From NCBI GenBank assembly GCA_004431415.1, contig QPMI01000452.1:248001-312000 (forward strand): 64,000 nucleotides of DNA. Direction: 5' to 3'. The notes beneath the pieces are model-generated. The model worked only from the letters and a program-made list of their open reading frames with translations, had not been told where the DNA came from and searched no databases. Below are positions 1 to 10,200 of this stretch, one piece after another (positions within the stretch are counted from its first letter, which is position 1; each line of letters opens with the position of its first letter). Made by a program: the position numbers and the translations under genes. Origin of the DNA: Cyanophora paradoxa CCMP329 (Eukaryota; Plantae; Glaucophyta).

Positions 1-2
1 GC

Positions 3-812
3 AACACTGAGTTTATTCAAGCTGCCCATAGTCACATAAACTCTAAATGTGGCTGTCCAGCTTGTGGGAATATCAAAAAAGGAAAATCGCATAGGTTGAC
101 TCAAGATGAGTTTGTTGAAAGGGCCAAGCAGAAACATAAAGATCTGTACGATTATTCGGAGTCTGTTTATATAAGGACAGATGACCCTATAACAATTTTC
201 TGCAAGAAATGTCAGGAATATTTCACTCAAAAGCCACACAAACACATGCAAGGAGATGGGCATGCAAAATGTAAAATGGATCGCATCAAAGATAAGTTGC
301 AAATGGGGATTGAGAAGTTTACAGAGAGGGCATTAAAACTCTACGGGGATAACTATGACTTATCTAAAGCTGAGTATGTTAATGCAAGAACAAAAGTTAC
401 CATTATCTGTAAGAAGTGTGATCTTGAATTCAAAAAGACACCAAGCGATTTTCTCAATGGGTATGGCTGTCTGTCATGTAGATCGTCTATTGGTGAGACG
501 AAAGTTCAAGCAGCCCTAAAAGAAATTGGTTTAGACTTCTCAATATCCCACAGATTTCCTGATTGCAAGCATAAAAGAGTTCTCCCATTCGATATTTATA
601 TTCCATCTCTCAAAATTGCAATTGAATATGATGGTATACAACATTTCAAACCTGTGGAACAGTTTGGAGGTCAGAAGGCCTTTGAAGATACCCAAATTCG
701 TGATGGAATTAAAAATCGGTACTGTGAAGCTAATAATATCAAACTCCTAAGAATCCCATTCACCGAAACTGATATTGAGGGCTGCATTAAACGATTTCTA
801 TCTCACCTGTAA
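3..812 (+). CDS. DUF723-like repeat protein with C-terminal Vsr/PD-(D/E)xK-like endonuclease (putative homing endonuclease), 5' partial
   Basis: Frame is open from nt 3 (NTEFIQAAHSHINSKCGCPAC...). Repeats of EF.ERA...YDYS...Y....VTI.CKKC...GCxxC, then LPFDIYIPSLKIAIEYDGIQHF...D..KN.YC..NNIKLLRI. Confidence 0.8.
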   Translation, partial: NTEFIQAAHSHINSKCGCPACGNIKKGKSHRLTQDEFVERAKQKHKDLYDYSESVYIRTDDPITIFCKKCQEYFTQKPHKHMQGDGHAKCKMDRIKDKLQMGIEKFTERALKLYGDNYDLSKAEYVNARTKVTIICKKCDLEFKKTPSDFLNGYGCLSCRSSIGETKVQAALKEIGLDFSISHRFPDCKHKRVLPFDIYIPSLKIAIEYDGIQHFKPVEQFGGQKAFEDTQIRDGIKNRYCEANNIKLLRIPFTETDIEGCIKRFLSHL

Positions 813-865
813 ACCATTTTCAGTCTCCCTGCATTATTTTTATCTGTCTCTTTATAGAGAGAACC

Positions 866-1648
866 ATGAACGATTTGGATGAATTTGTGGCTGGTGAAAT
901 GATTAATCCCCCTTTTCGAGTCCTAGCAATTGGTAAATCAGCAACTGGTAAATCAGAAGCTGTAAAGTATTGGTTGAAGCAACTGCATGATGCCAAAAAG
1001 ATTGATGTTGTATTAGTTGTGAGTGGGACTAGCTTCAATCATTTCTGGGATAAAGTGGCAACACTGCAACTGGGAAAGTGGGATGCCCCTTACATTGCTA
1101 AATTGCTAGATGAGAGGCAAGAGAAAATAGAAAAGGGCGAACCTGTTAACCAATTGTGTGTTGTTCTAGATGATTTAATCGATAATGAGATAGTAGATTT
1201 GACCAGGGATAAAATAATTGGATCTTTGTATTCCAGAGGTCGCCATTCGAAAATATCCATTATCTGCATCACACAAAAGCTAAGGAAAGTCTCTTCGACT
1301 ATTCGAGTTAATTCGGACTATGCTATGTTTTTAAGTGCTGCAAATCGCAAAGAACTTGAAGCCATAGAGGAAGAATACAATATAATGCGAGATAAGGATG
1401 CTTTCTATAAACTATTTGAGGAATATGTACATTCTTATCAGTTTCTGATCTGGAGTTCTGCTGATTATTCGGTTAAATACTATGTAGATAAAGCCGACCT
1501 TGTCAAAGATTTCCCATTTCCTCGCTTCCACAGGAAACCCAAAAAGAAAGAAGATGAACTGAAACCACCAGAGAAAGAGGAAGCCCCCAAAGAAGTTAAA
1601 AGCCAAGTTCATACTAATAAATTGATGCGATATAAGCGCGGTTTATAA
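866..1648 (+). CDS. A32/FtsK-HerA family genome packaging ATPase
   Basis: Walker A GKSATGKS, Walker B CVVLDD, and A32 signature SRGRHSKISIICITQ. Confidence 0.9.
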   Translation: MNDLDEFVAGEMINPPFRVLAIGKSATGKSEAVKYWLKQLHDAKKIDVVLVVSGTSFNHFWDKVATLQLGKWDAPYIAKLLDERQEKIEKGEPVNQLCVVLDDLIDNEIVDLTRDKIIGSLYSRGRHSKISIICITQKLRKVSSTIRVNSDYAMFLSAANRKELEAIEEEYNIMRDKDAFYKLFEEYVHSYQFLIWSSADYSVKYYVDKADLVKDFPFPRFHRKPKKKEDELKPPEKEEAPKEVKSQVHTNKLMRYKRGL

Positions 1649-1776
1649 AATTATCTCTCATTCTAATAAAGATACAATGCCTCCAAACGAAAGATAGGGA
1701 TCCCAGCTGGGGCTGTTGCTATTCAGGTGGTGGAAACAATGGATCCATCAACACAGACCCACTGAAGTTCAATGGT

Positions 1777-2373
1777 ATGAATGAGGTGAAGCCCTCACAA
1801 CAACAAGAAGACCCCCTCAATGCTGCCTATGAAGAATCATTCGATGACAAAGCCCCACAGGCTTCAACCAGTGACCAACTCAATATCTCACCAGAAGCTT
1901 CGAAAATGAAGGCTGTTGCAGAGGGTGCCAGGCGAATTATTGGTGCTGCTGATGATAAAGGTTTAGGCTTACAAGATCTTTCACTTACCCGCAAAGGTGA
2001 AGGTCTCACTAAGGAATCAGACAAGGTTATCCAGTCTATGGCTGGTGAAGTCACATACAAGACTGCTCCCACTCAGAATGTTCATCGAATCCCCAAGGCT
2101 CAATGGGATGAGATGACTGCTAAACTCAAAGACTTGGAAGCCAAATCCAGTGCCTTGGAGCAGTATGTTACTGAGAAGAAAGAGAGGGCTAAGCTTAAGG
2201 AGATGCTTCGAAAGGAAGTATTCAAAATGGGTATTACCGGTGTCCCAGATAAACAGTTTATTGCTAAGAAAGAGAACCAAATCGATGAGCAAGCAGTAGA
2301 TGAAATGAAAACAAAGACCAGAAGGGAACTATTGAGCCTGGTGCCACCAAAGCTGAAGTCGAAAAAGGTGTAG
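1777..2373 (+). CDS. Hypothetical viral protein (charged, coiled-coil)
   Basis: 198-aa ORF in the viral gene block with no recognisable motif. The true start may be upstream (ATG at 1677 is out of frame). Confidence 0.55.
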   Translation: MNEVKPSQQQEDPLNAAYEESFDDKAPQASTSDQLNISPEASKMKAVAEGARRIIGAADDKGLGLQDLSLTRKGEGLTKESDKVIQSMAGEVTYKTAPTQNVHRIPKAQWDEMTAKLKDLEAKSSALEQYVTEKKERAKLKEMLRKEVFKMGITGVPDKQFIAKKENQIDEQAVDEMKTKTRRELLSLVPPKLKSKKV

Positions 2374-2430
2374 CCCCCACAGTATATAAACGACGAGTTT
2401 GGCTTTAATTTTCTCTTGCTTATTAGAGAC

Positions 2431-2703
2431 ATGGATATAATACGAAAGTTTATTGAGATGCTCAGTCTGCATGTGGTAAGCAATTGCCACAGTGGATGCT
2501 GTGACACAACAATAGAGTTTGAGATGTCAGATACAGAGGATAATGCCTCAGAAGCAAGAGAGAGAAGAAGATCAACAGTGTCTGTGGAGTCAATGCCAGC
2601 AGACCCCACAGAGTATACATATGAGCAACAGGAGTATCCAAGGAGAAGTTCTTTACCTGGTGAAAACGTTTTCTCTGCAAATATTAATGGAGGATACAAT
2701 TAG
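2431..2703 (+). CDS. Small hypothetical viral protein
   Basis: ATG at 2431 (MDIIRKF...), overlapping the next ORF as is typical of compact viral genomes. Confidence 0.4.
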   Translation: MDIIRKFIEMLSLHVVSNCHSGCCDTTIEFEMSDTEDNASEARERRRSTVSVESMPADPTEYTYEQQEYPRRSSLPGENVFSANINGGYN

Positions 2704-2932
2704 TTTAATCGAGTTTACCAATGATGAGCCTTTAACTGAGGGTGCTATTAGACACATACTGGCAAAGCAGAAACGATATAGAGAGGACCCAGAATATAGA
2801 GAGTATAAGAAACAACAAGCTTTGGCATCCTATTATCGAAGAAAAGCCCAAAAAGAGGAGCAGAGACCTAGAGGGAGACCGATTAAATATTATTTGCCCA
2901 CTGATAGTAGCAATGGACCCCCAGGTCTATAA
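2687..2932 (+). CDS. Small basic protein with AT-hook-like RPRGRP motif
   Basis: ATG at 2687. K/R/Y-rich helix YREYKKQQALASYYRRK followed by RPRGRP. Confidence 0.5.
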   Translation: MEDTISLIEFTNDEPLTEGAIRHILAKQKRYREDPEYREYKKQQALASYYRRKAQKEEQRPRGRPIKYYLPTDSSNGPPGL

Positions 2933-3019
2933 GATAATTGAGAAAAAGCGGTCTCAGTATGCCACTGAGGCAGTTATAAAAATATATACAAAGGAATTGG
3001 CTTTATACTTGCAATCAAG

Positions 3020-3241
3020 TCACAGATAAGTTTTGTAAATTTGCTTTTGTAATTTTTTGTTTGCATTCTCTGACACTGAAACAGTTATGTGAATGTTAAC
3101 TGATCTATTTCTCTTTGGTTTCGCTGCATACATATTGTAACCTATCAATCTCTGTGACATTTCGATATATGCTCCAATATCTCCATGCTTAATGCATTTA
3201 TCTAACTCAGTCATGGTCATTTCATCAAGAGTTTTTGCCAT
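3020..3241 (-). CDS. Small hypothetical viral protein
   Basis: ATG at 3241 (MAKTLDEM...), preceded by an ACTTAAGG...TATAG motif like the other minus-strand genes. Confidence 0.5.
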   Translation of the reverse strand: MAKTLDEMTMTELDKCIKHGDIGAYIEMSQRLIGYNMYAAKPKRNRSVNIHITVSVSENANKKLQKQIYKTYL

Positions 3242-3318
3242 TTTGTCTTCACTATACACAATCAAGTAAGCCTTAAGTATTCTTGTCAAATTTTGGTCTT
3301 TTTCGATAGGTGTGACAG

Positions 3319-3411
3319 GTGTGACAGGTGTGACAGGTCTATCCCATCGATTTTGAAAATCAACTTTTCACCAGGGCTTTCCTTGGGATAGACCTGTCAC
3401 ACCTGTCACAC
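3319..3411. repeat. Perfect 28-bp inverted repeat (3319-3346 / 3384-3411) containing GGTGTGACA 9-mers
   Basis: gtgtgacaggtgtgacaggtctatccca ... tgggatagacctgtcacacctgtcacac. Three tandem ggtgtgaca units at 3309-3335. Confidence 0.95.
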
Positions 3412-3470
3412 AAACCATTTTCAGTAAGGCTATAAAAATATATGTAAATCTCAATCATCAATCGCTTTGT

Positions 3471-5723
3471 TTAATATTCGGCATCATCTTCATTGTCTTC
3501 CTGAACCCTTGTTATCTTTCGAATCCCAATATATCCTCTGGCAAGAATACCATTAACTCGTTTTCTTTCCGATTTAACATTGAAAATCTCCCTTACTCTT
3601 TTCATTACAGATACACATTCAACTTTATCATCAACACTTTTGTATGATTTGTAAATGGTATCACTGGAAACAAAGTCGTTTGCATTATGAGTAACTTCGA
3701 AATTATCCCTAAGCCATTCACCAATTTTATCATTTTCAGTTATAAAGTTTATCCCTTGTTCAATAATCGATTGAGGGGGATCCCTTAAGATCTCTTCAAC
3801 CTCTTTGTTCTTCCACATATCCAGTAATATCTTCATGTGAGCCATCTTATACTCATCATCATTGTGTAGAAGTGTGAACAGAGTTGGGTCAGCTTTCTTC
3901 TGACCAGCTTCTGGCTTCTCTCTGAATATATTATTGAATCTCTGGTATGAAAGCCTTCTTTGAATTGCAAAGTCTGGTTTGTTTATAGTCAAATTGTCAT
4001 TGGTTGTAATGTAGACTTGAAACATTGGAGTAAGGATAACTGGATCTTTGAACAAGGCTCTCACAGTCATTTCATTTCCACCTGTGACCTCCTTTATCTT
4101 GGAGATCTGCAGTTTATCACCATCTTCAGCCTCATTACTGAATACAAGTCGCTTTCCAAGGAGTTTGGCAAGTTCAGGAGTAGCCTCTGATGAGTTCTTT
4201 TTAGGCTTAGTCCAATAGGATATTTCGAGAGGGCTGTAATAACGACCAGATATTTGTTTGCAGTATTCCTGAACAAGTGATTTCCCATTAGCACCAGCAC
4301 CAGTCCACATGTAGAACTTCTGGGATTTAGTTGATCCACTAAGGGCAATTGCAATGGATGCCAGAAGATACTTTCGCTCTGCTGGATCATCCACAATCTC
4401 TTTATAAATCTGATTGAGATGCTCTATTTTCTTGGGGTCTACATTTTCAGTATAGTCATAACCCACAGTCTTGCTCACCATATCTTCCAGTTTACCCTTT
4501 CTGAAAGTCATAGTGGTCAGATCAAATACACCATTTTCGAATCCAATCACATATGGAACTGTGTCAATCTTCTCAAAGAATTCATCATCATTCAGCAGTG
4601 GGACCAAGTCAGTCAGAAGGGATTTGCGAAATCCTGATTGTTTAAGATTTTTGGCAATGGTCATCAATGTTTTGGATCTTTCTTCGAAAGCTGCTTTGTT
4701 TTCCTCATCCTTTAAAGCTCTTTGACTATAATGCACAGCCCTTCCAAGGTATTGGGGGACAACAAGACGGCTTATATCTAGGTAAATCTTTAGGTTTGTG
4801 TCATCATGCTCCCAAATCCCAGTATCAGTATTGAGTTTGAACCATGACTTTTTGGAGTATCTCCATGTATGTTTCAGAACCTCTTTGCATACTAAACTCA
4901 CATCATAATGAGCGCCACCAGAACCAGCGGATTTATCTATAAGATTGAAGATATCAGATTGCATTCCAATGCAGATGAATCGTTTTTTGCAATTTCCACT
5001 GTAGCTTGACACAATGTATTTGTTATCATCTCCTTTAGCTTTCATAACATACCAGTTATTCGATTCATGTGAACCATTGCAGCATGGGCAATTGAGTCCC
5101 TTGTTAGCAGCATCAAAGTTAAAGCCAAGTTCAGTTTTAGAGATTATATTGGGATGCATAAATCCCATATCTACCAGCTCTTTGATAATATTGTTTTCCA
5201 GTTCATCATGTGAGGTAGCATTAGCAGTATACTCACTCTTATAGATGTAGTTATCTATTATCCACTTTTTGAAGTCATCAGTAGGCTCATTGAAATCACA
5301 GGTATCATCCCATGGGGAGATTACCCAAGCCTTGTTCACACTGGGACACACATTGATCAGTCCAGAAGTTCCAGTTCCAGTGATTGTTTTCAGGTCAACC
5401 TTCTCAAAGCCTTTAAAGCCAGGAGCCTTATCGGTAATTTTGAGTTTATTGAACTCCTCAGGTCGTTTAAAGTAGACATGATAGCCTTTTTTAGTTTTTG
5501 CCATGGGCTGATTGGCATCAAAGTCATCAGGAAACATATCCCGGAATTTCTCAAAGTCCTCCTCATCATCAAAGTCAATAACCATCATGTTGTCTGAGAG
5601 CAGAATGCCCCAAGATACATACTGATTAGTTGCCAGCGCTTCCTCATACTTTTCCCAGGACCATGCACCTCCCTTATGCTTGAAAACAGGGTCTTTGCTG
5701 TCAGGTTTCACTGGGATAATCAT
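3471..5723 (-). CDS. AEP (bifunctional Prim-Pol) primase fused to D5-like SF3 helicase
   Basis: Prim-Pol motifs VIDFDD and KTKKGYHVYF, Zn-binding CPCC...H, D5_N region (GFENGVFDL), Walker A GAGANGKS, Walker B LVFSNE. Confidence 0.9.
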   Translation of the reverse strand: MIIPVKPDSKDPVFKHKGGAWSWEKYEEALATNQYVSWGILLSDNMMVIDFDDEEDFEKFRDMFPDDFDANQPMAKTKKGYHVYFKRPEEFNKLKITDKAPGFKGFEKVDLKTITGTGTSGLINVCPSVNKAWVISPWDDTCDFNEPTDDFKKWIIDNYIYKSEYTANATSHDELENNIIKELVDMGFMHPNIISKTELGFNFDAANKGLNCPCCNGSHESNNWYVMKAKGDDNKYIVSSYSGNCKKRFICIGMQSDIFNLIDKSAGSGGAHYDVSLVCKEVLKHTWRYSKKSWFKLNTDTGIWEHDDTNLKIYLDISRLVVPQYLGRAVHYSQRALKDEENKAAFEERSKTLMTIAKNLKQSGFRKSLLTDLVPLLNDDEFFEKIDTVPYVIGFENGVFDLTTMTFRKGKLEDMVSKTVGYDYTENVDPKKIEHLNQIYKEIVDDPAERKYLLASIAIALSGSTKSQKFYMWTGAGANGKSLVQEYCKQISGRYYSPLEISYWTKPKKNSSEATPELAKLLGKRLVFSNEAEDGDKLQISKIKEVTGGNEMTVRALFKDPVILTPMFQVYITTNDNLTINKPDFAIQRRLSYQRFNNIFREKPEAGQKKADPTLFTLLHNDDEYKMAHMKILLDMWKNKEVEEILRDPPQSIIEQGINFITENDKIGEWLRDNFEVTHNANDFVSSDTIYKSYKSVDDKVECVSVMKRVREIFNVKSERKRVNGILARGYIGIRKITRVQEDNEDDAEY

Positions 5724-5814
5724 GTTTTGGCTAGATCCTCATCAGATCTGAGCCAGTTAGCGAGCGATTTAAGCGATTTAGTCTGTTTGGCGTTCATTTT
5801 CAGCGATTGGGGTC

Positions 5815-5853
5815 CCTTTTATATATATAGAAGATTTTTCTTTAAGTAGTTTT
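5815..5853 (-). promoter_or_regulatory. Conserved viral promoter-like motif (AAAACTACTTAAAGAAAAATCTTCTATATATATAAAAGG)
   Basis: 38/39 identical to 7140-7178; lies upstream of the primase-helicase. Confidence 0.7.
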
Positions 5854-6009
5854 GGGTCCCCCAATCATTTTTTGTTGGAAATCGAGAAAGTATCCCTACG
5901 AAATTTATCCACATGATATATCGAGTGGTTTAGATACAAAAAGGATGAATGGGTATTTCAGCGAATAAACAGCATATCCCCAGCCTAGTAATATGCTGGG
6001 AAAAATAAT

Positions 6010-6264
6010 TTAGACATGTTTCAATTTTCTCCCTCTATTTGAGTAAGGGACATCATACAAATACTTGACAAAGCAGACTGCATTGGCTGCATACTTTCGC
6101 TGACATGAACTTGCTATTTTCATTGCTCTATAGGTATCATCGGTTTGATATAGATCTCTAAGCTGTGTGGCTATTTTTTCGTTAAACTTTTTGATTTGAG
6201 CCTTACCTTTTTCAGTTTGCTGGTATCTCTTCATAGCTCTCTTCTGGGCTTCACTGAGTGGCAT
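6010..6264 (-). CDS. Small basic hypothetical viral protein (SEAQKRA..RY N-terminus)
   Basis: 84-aa ORF preceded by a degenerate copy of the promoter motif. Confidence 0.6.
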   Translation of the reverse strand: MPLSEAQKRAMKRYQQTEKGKAQIKKFNEKIATQLRDLYQTDDTYRAMKIASSCQRKYAANAVCFVKYLYDVPYSNRGRKLKHV

Positions 6265-6320
6265 TTTTCCTCTGTCTCTCTTAATATATATAGAGAATTC
6301 TTTAAATCATTTTTTGTTCT

Positions 6321-7136
6321 CTAACCTCTTTGTCCAAATCGCTCAATATACATAAGTTTGAAATGCTTACCTAGCAATGCTACAAATGGTTCGATTTCCA
6401 AGGTCTCCCATGTTTTCTTGTCCTTATTCCATCTGCAATCTAATCCTTTTGCGATATCTTTTTTAAGATAAGGCACCTGAAACCCAGCAACCAATGTATT
6501 TGTTGTACTGAGTTCTGCATACATTTCAATCAATGCAGATCTGCCCTCTCTGAACCTCTCTATATCATCTCTGCGAAGATTATCCATTTTCGGAATAAAT
6601 TGGTTGCACCAAATCAGGAAAAGATTAACTGCATGTTTATTCCTTGCTCTTTCTTGTTCTAATTCTCTCTCTCTTCGCTCTCTTTCTTCTAATTCAAGCT
6701 GCCTCTTTCGAGCTTCCTCTTGTTTTTCAAGTTCTCTTTTTCTTTCCAGTTCTTCTTGCTTTAAAGCGATTCTGCACTTATTACAGAAATTATCCTTTCG
6801 GTTTTTATGCCGATCTCCACATCTTTCACATATATCTTGACCTCTGGCACCCTTCGGAATAAATCGTAAAATGCAGCAATTCCCAACAATGACCACAATC
6901 TTTTTATTAACATGCAGAATATAGCATTGCTCTTTAATTGGATGATCACAGGCGCAATGCTCAGACTCTGGAGGCAGGTCATAATCACTTAATCCATATT
7001 TTGCAAGCTTTGCCCAAAGAGGGAGCGGTTTCCTGTTACTTCCAAGAGCAACATAATCATTGAAGTCATCAGATCCACAAAGCAACATTAAAGCCGCTTT
7101 GAGCTTTTCCAGGCAATACGATTTCTTCTCTGCCAT
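6321..7136 (-). CDS. Cys-rich Zn-binding, coiled-coil protein with C-terminal DUF5710-like domain
   Basis: CACDHPI...GNCCI, CERC...CNKC, an E/R-rich coil, and VPYLKKDIAKGLDCRWNKDKKTW resembling DUF5710. Confidence 0.65.
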   Translation of the reverse strand: MAEKKSYCLEKLKAALMLLCGSDDFNDYVALGSNRKPLPLWAKLAKYGLSDYDLPPESEHCACDHPIKEQCYILHVNKKIVVIVGNCCILRFIPKGARGQDICERCGDRHKNRKDNFCNKCRIALKQEELERKRELEKQEEARKRQLELEERERRERELEQERARNKHAVNLFLIWCNQFIPKMDNLRRDDIERFREGRSALIEMYAELSTTNTLVAGFQVPYLKKDIAKGLDCRWNKDKKTWETLEIEPFVALLGKHFKLMYIERFGQRG

Positions 7137-7139
7137 TTT

Positions 7140-7178
7140 CCTTTTATATATATAGAAGATATTTCTTTAAGTAGTTTT
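7140..7178 (-). promoter_or_regulatory. Conserved viral promoter-like motif
   Basis: Ends 3 nt before the ATG at 7136; near-identical to 5815-5853. Confidence 0.75.
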
Positions 7179-7245
7179 CATCAAATTTTGTGTTCAGAAT
7201 TCCCCATTTAAAACCTCCCCTTTTAGTAGGAACAAGTTAGGAACA

Positions 7246-10200
7246 ATGCCCCGAATTAGCAACAGACTTATTAGAGAAAAGAAATGGGAACTCATGGGAT
7301 TACTGGGAACACTGTATGCAGCCCATGAAATCACAGAGGCTGAATATGACCGGGAAATCGGATTTATTTCAAGGGGCAGACCCACTTTAGCAAAATTAAC
7401 CAGAAAAGCCAATACCCTCTATGATAAAGTTGAAACTCTTGATGAACTCGATCGCCTGAGGCAAATAGAACCAGAGGCAGAAGATGGAACAGCTATGAAT
7501 GAATTGTATCGTTGGCTCACATACAGAGCCAGAAGGGAAGTTGTTGTAGATGTGATTGAATATCTAGATAGAATTGCAACCTCTCTACCAAAACGTTTAA
7601 GGGATAGTCTGGATCAATTCAGGGCAATCAAAGTTCGCTTGTCTTTTATCTGCAAGTTCGTTAAAGTCAGCAATCCACAGGTTTGGATATCGAAATACAT
7701 TTACAGCGATTATTTTGTATTAACCAAATCGAGAAATATTCGAACTGAGCTGAATAAAGCAGCCCAAATGTGTCAGGAACAGATGAATGTAGTTGATAGC
7801 TATCGACTTGAGAGAATCGAAATGCTAAGAGTGGCTATTATGAGTTATGCCCCAACTGGTGGTTGCTATGTCAAAACACCAGAATCAATTGCAGCCAAGA
7901 GAGCCACAGTGAATATTCGAAATATTGATGATTCTTGCTTTGAAAATGCCATTTTGGCATGGATCCATAGGAAAGATGTAAATTCCCACAAGAGAAGTGA
8001 GCTTACACAATATCGCAAATGGAAATACTCACCATCCACATACAATCCTTTGGCTCTCAATTTCGACAATATCCCATTCCCTGTTCCTTGTGATGCTGAA
8101 ATCATTGATAAATTCGAAGCTCAAAATGCAGGCATTAGCATAAACATCTTTGGAATGGATGGAGATGTTATATATCCGCTGCATCAATCCAGCAACCCAG
8201 GCAGAAAGCAAAAGATTAATCTCATGCTCATTCATGATGATGAAGGGAATGGTCACTATATTACTATTATGTCACTCTCAAGACTTCTCAGAGTTGCCCT
8301 TGATAAAACCAAGGATCAAAAGTTACACTACTGTGATACATGCTTATCTCGATTCAGGTCTGAGGCTAAACTGACTGCTCATGTGGACTCAAACAGATGC
8401 ATTGATTGGAGACTCTCAAAGGGAATCACCCCTAAGCCTGACACCACAATAGAGTTTGGACTGAAAAACCTCAGGAAAACTGTCTGGCTTCCTGTTGTGG
8501 TTTACTGCAAGATTGAACATAGAAGCATCCCCATTGATGCATCGAAATCCAAGAGGGAAGTCTCAGCAGTCAACATTAGAATAGTCACTGGGGCAGATGT
8601 TCAGGAGTTTCGATTTGAGGGTCAGGATCCAATGGGAGGTCTGTTTGAATGCTTGGAGTCCAAAGCAAGAGAGCTAATCGATTTCCTGTTCACCAATATT
8701 CCAATGAATGAACTCACAGATGAGCAAAAGGCTGTATACAGAGCCACCAAACACTGTTACCTTTGCAGTGAGAGGTTCACTAAGGAGAACTTTAAATGCA
8801 GAGATCATGATCACCACACAGGTAATTACATTGCTCCTGCATGCAGAAACTGCAATCTACATAGGAGAATCTCAAAGCAAACCAAAGTTGCAGTTGTTGT
8901 TGACCAAATGGATGACTGTGGGACATTCATTTTCAGAAAAATAGCAGGTTTGGGAGATAAAAAGCGAATAGAAATCCTTTCAAAACACTTTGATCAATAC
9001 CTTTCATTGCAATGGGGTCTTTACAAGTTCATTGATGCAAGTAATTTTATGGACTTTGGAGCAGCTGATGTGAATGAGTTAATGGACAAATTCCAAGCCT
9101 TCAGAAGGCTTTCACACTCAGTATATGGACTTGACCCAGTTCATTATGTATCTGCACCTGGGTTATCTTGGGATGCTATGCTTAGGACCACCAAGGCAAA
9201 AATAGAGCTTATAAGTGATGTAGAGCAATATGAATTTGTTGAGAGGGGAATCAGGGGTGGCTTTGCAACAATGCCTTGCAGGTATGCTGAGGCTGATGGT
9301 GAGAACTCCCATATAATGCTGTTTGATGCTAACAACCTGTATGGCTTCTGTTTGAGTCAGCCTATTCCAGTTGGTGATTTTAGATGGGAGACCGAATTCA
9401 ACCCACAAGATAACAGATCCAGTTTCCTAGAAGTTGATCTGGAATACCCAATTAGGCTGTTTCTAGACCACAGTGATTTCCCCCTAATTATTAACAAGAA
9501 AATAGTAGAATATGCCGAATTATCACAATATCAAAAGAGCCTATTGGATCTCTCAGGAGAAGATCTTGATAAGACCCCTAAGCTAACTGCAACCTTTGGT
9601 TCTGTGACCAACTATGTGATTTCTGAGCCTCTTCTGCAATATCTGTTGGACAAAGGGGTGAAATTAAAGAAAATTCACAGGGTCCTATCATTTACTGTGG
9701 CTCCTGTAATGAAACCCTATATTGAACTGAACACTGAGATGAGAAGGAAAGCAGTGAATAAATTCGAGGCTGATTTCTATAAGCTCATGAATAATTCAAT
9801 CTATGGGAAATGCATTGAATCATGTAGAGGTAGATCTGTGGTTAAGATTGCAAACAGTGAGAAACTATTTATGAAATATGCAGCTTCCCCATTGGTGAAA
9901 TCAACAAGCCCCATAAACGAAAAAGCAGTTGCCTTTGAGTTTTACACAAAGCATGTGAAACTAGATAAGCCTGTTGCAATTGGGGCTTATGTTTTGGATG
10001 CTGCCAAACTGCATAATTACCAATTCTTTTATGATACTGTAAGGACCCAATGGTCAAAAGCAAAGTTACTATTCCATGATACTGATTCCTTTTGTCTATA
10101 TATCGAATCTCAGACCTTAGAAAAAGACCTAGAGAATATATCTTATGCCTTGGACCTAGGGGGATCTAACAGAATGACCCCAGGTAAATACAAAAATGAG

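Noticed and set aside
1777-3029. Possible capsid, penton or protease genes among the small plus-strand ORFs
   Set aside because: They are too short and helical/charged for jelly-roll proteins, and no adenain His/Cys motif is seen. Structural genes are probably upstream of the window.
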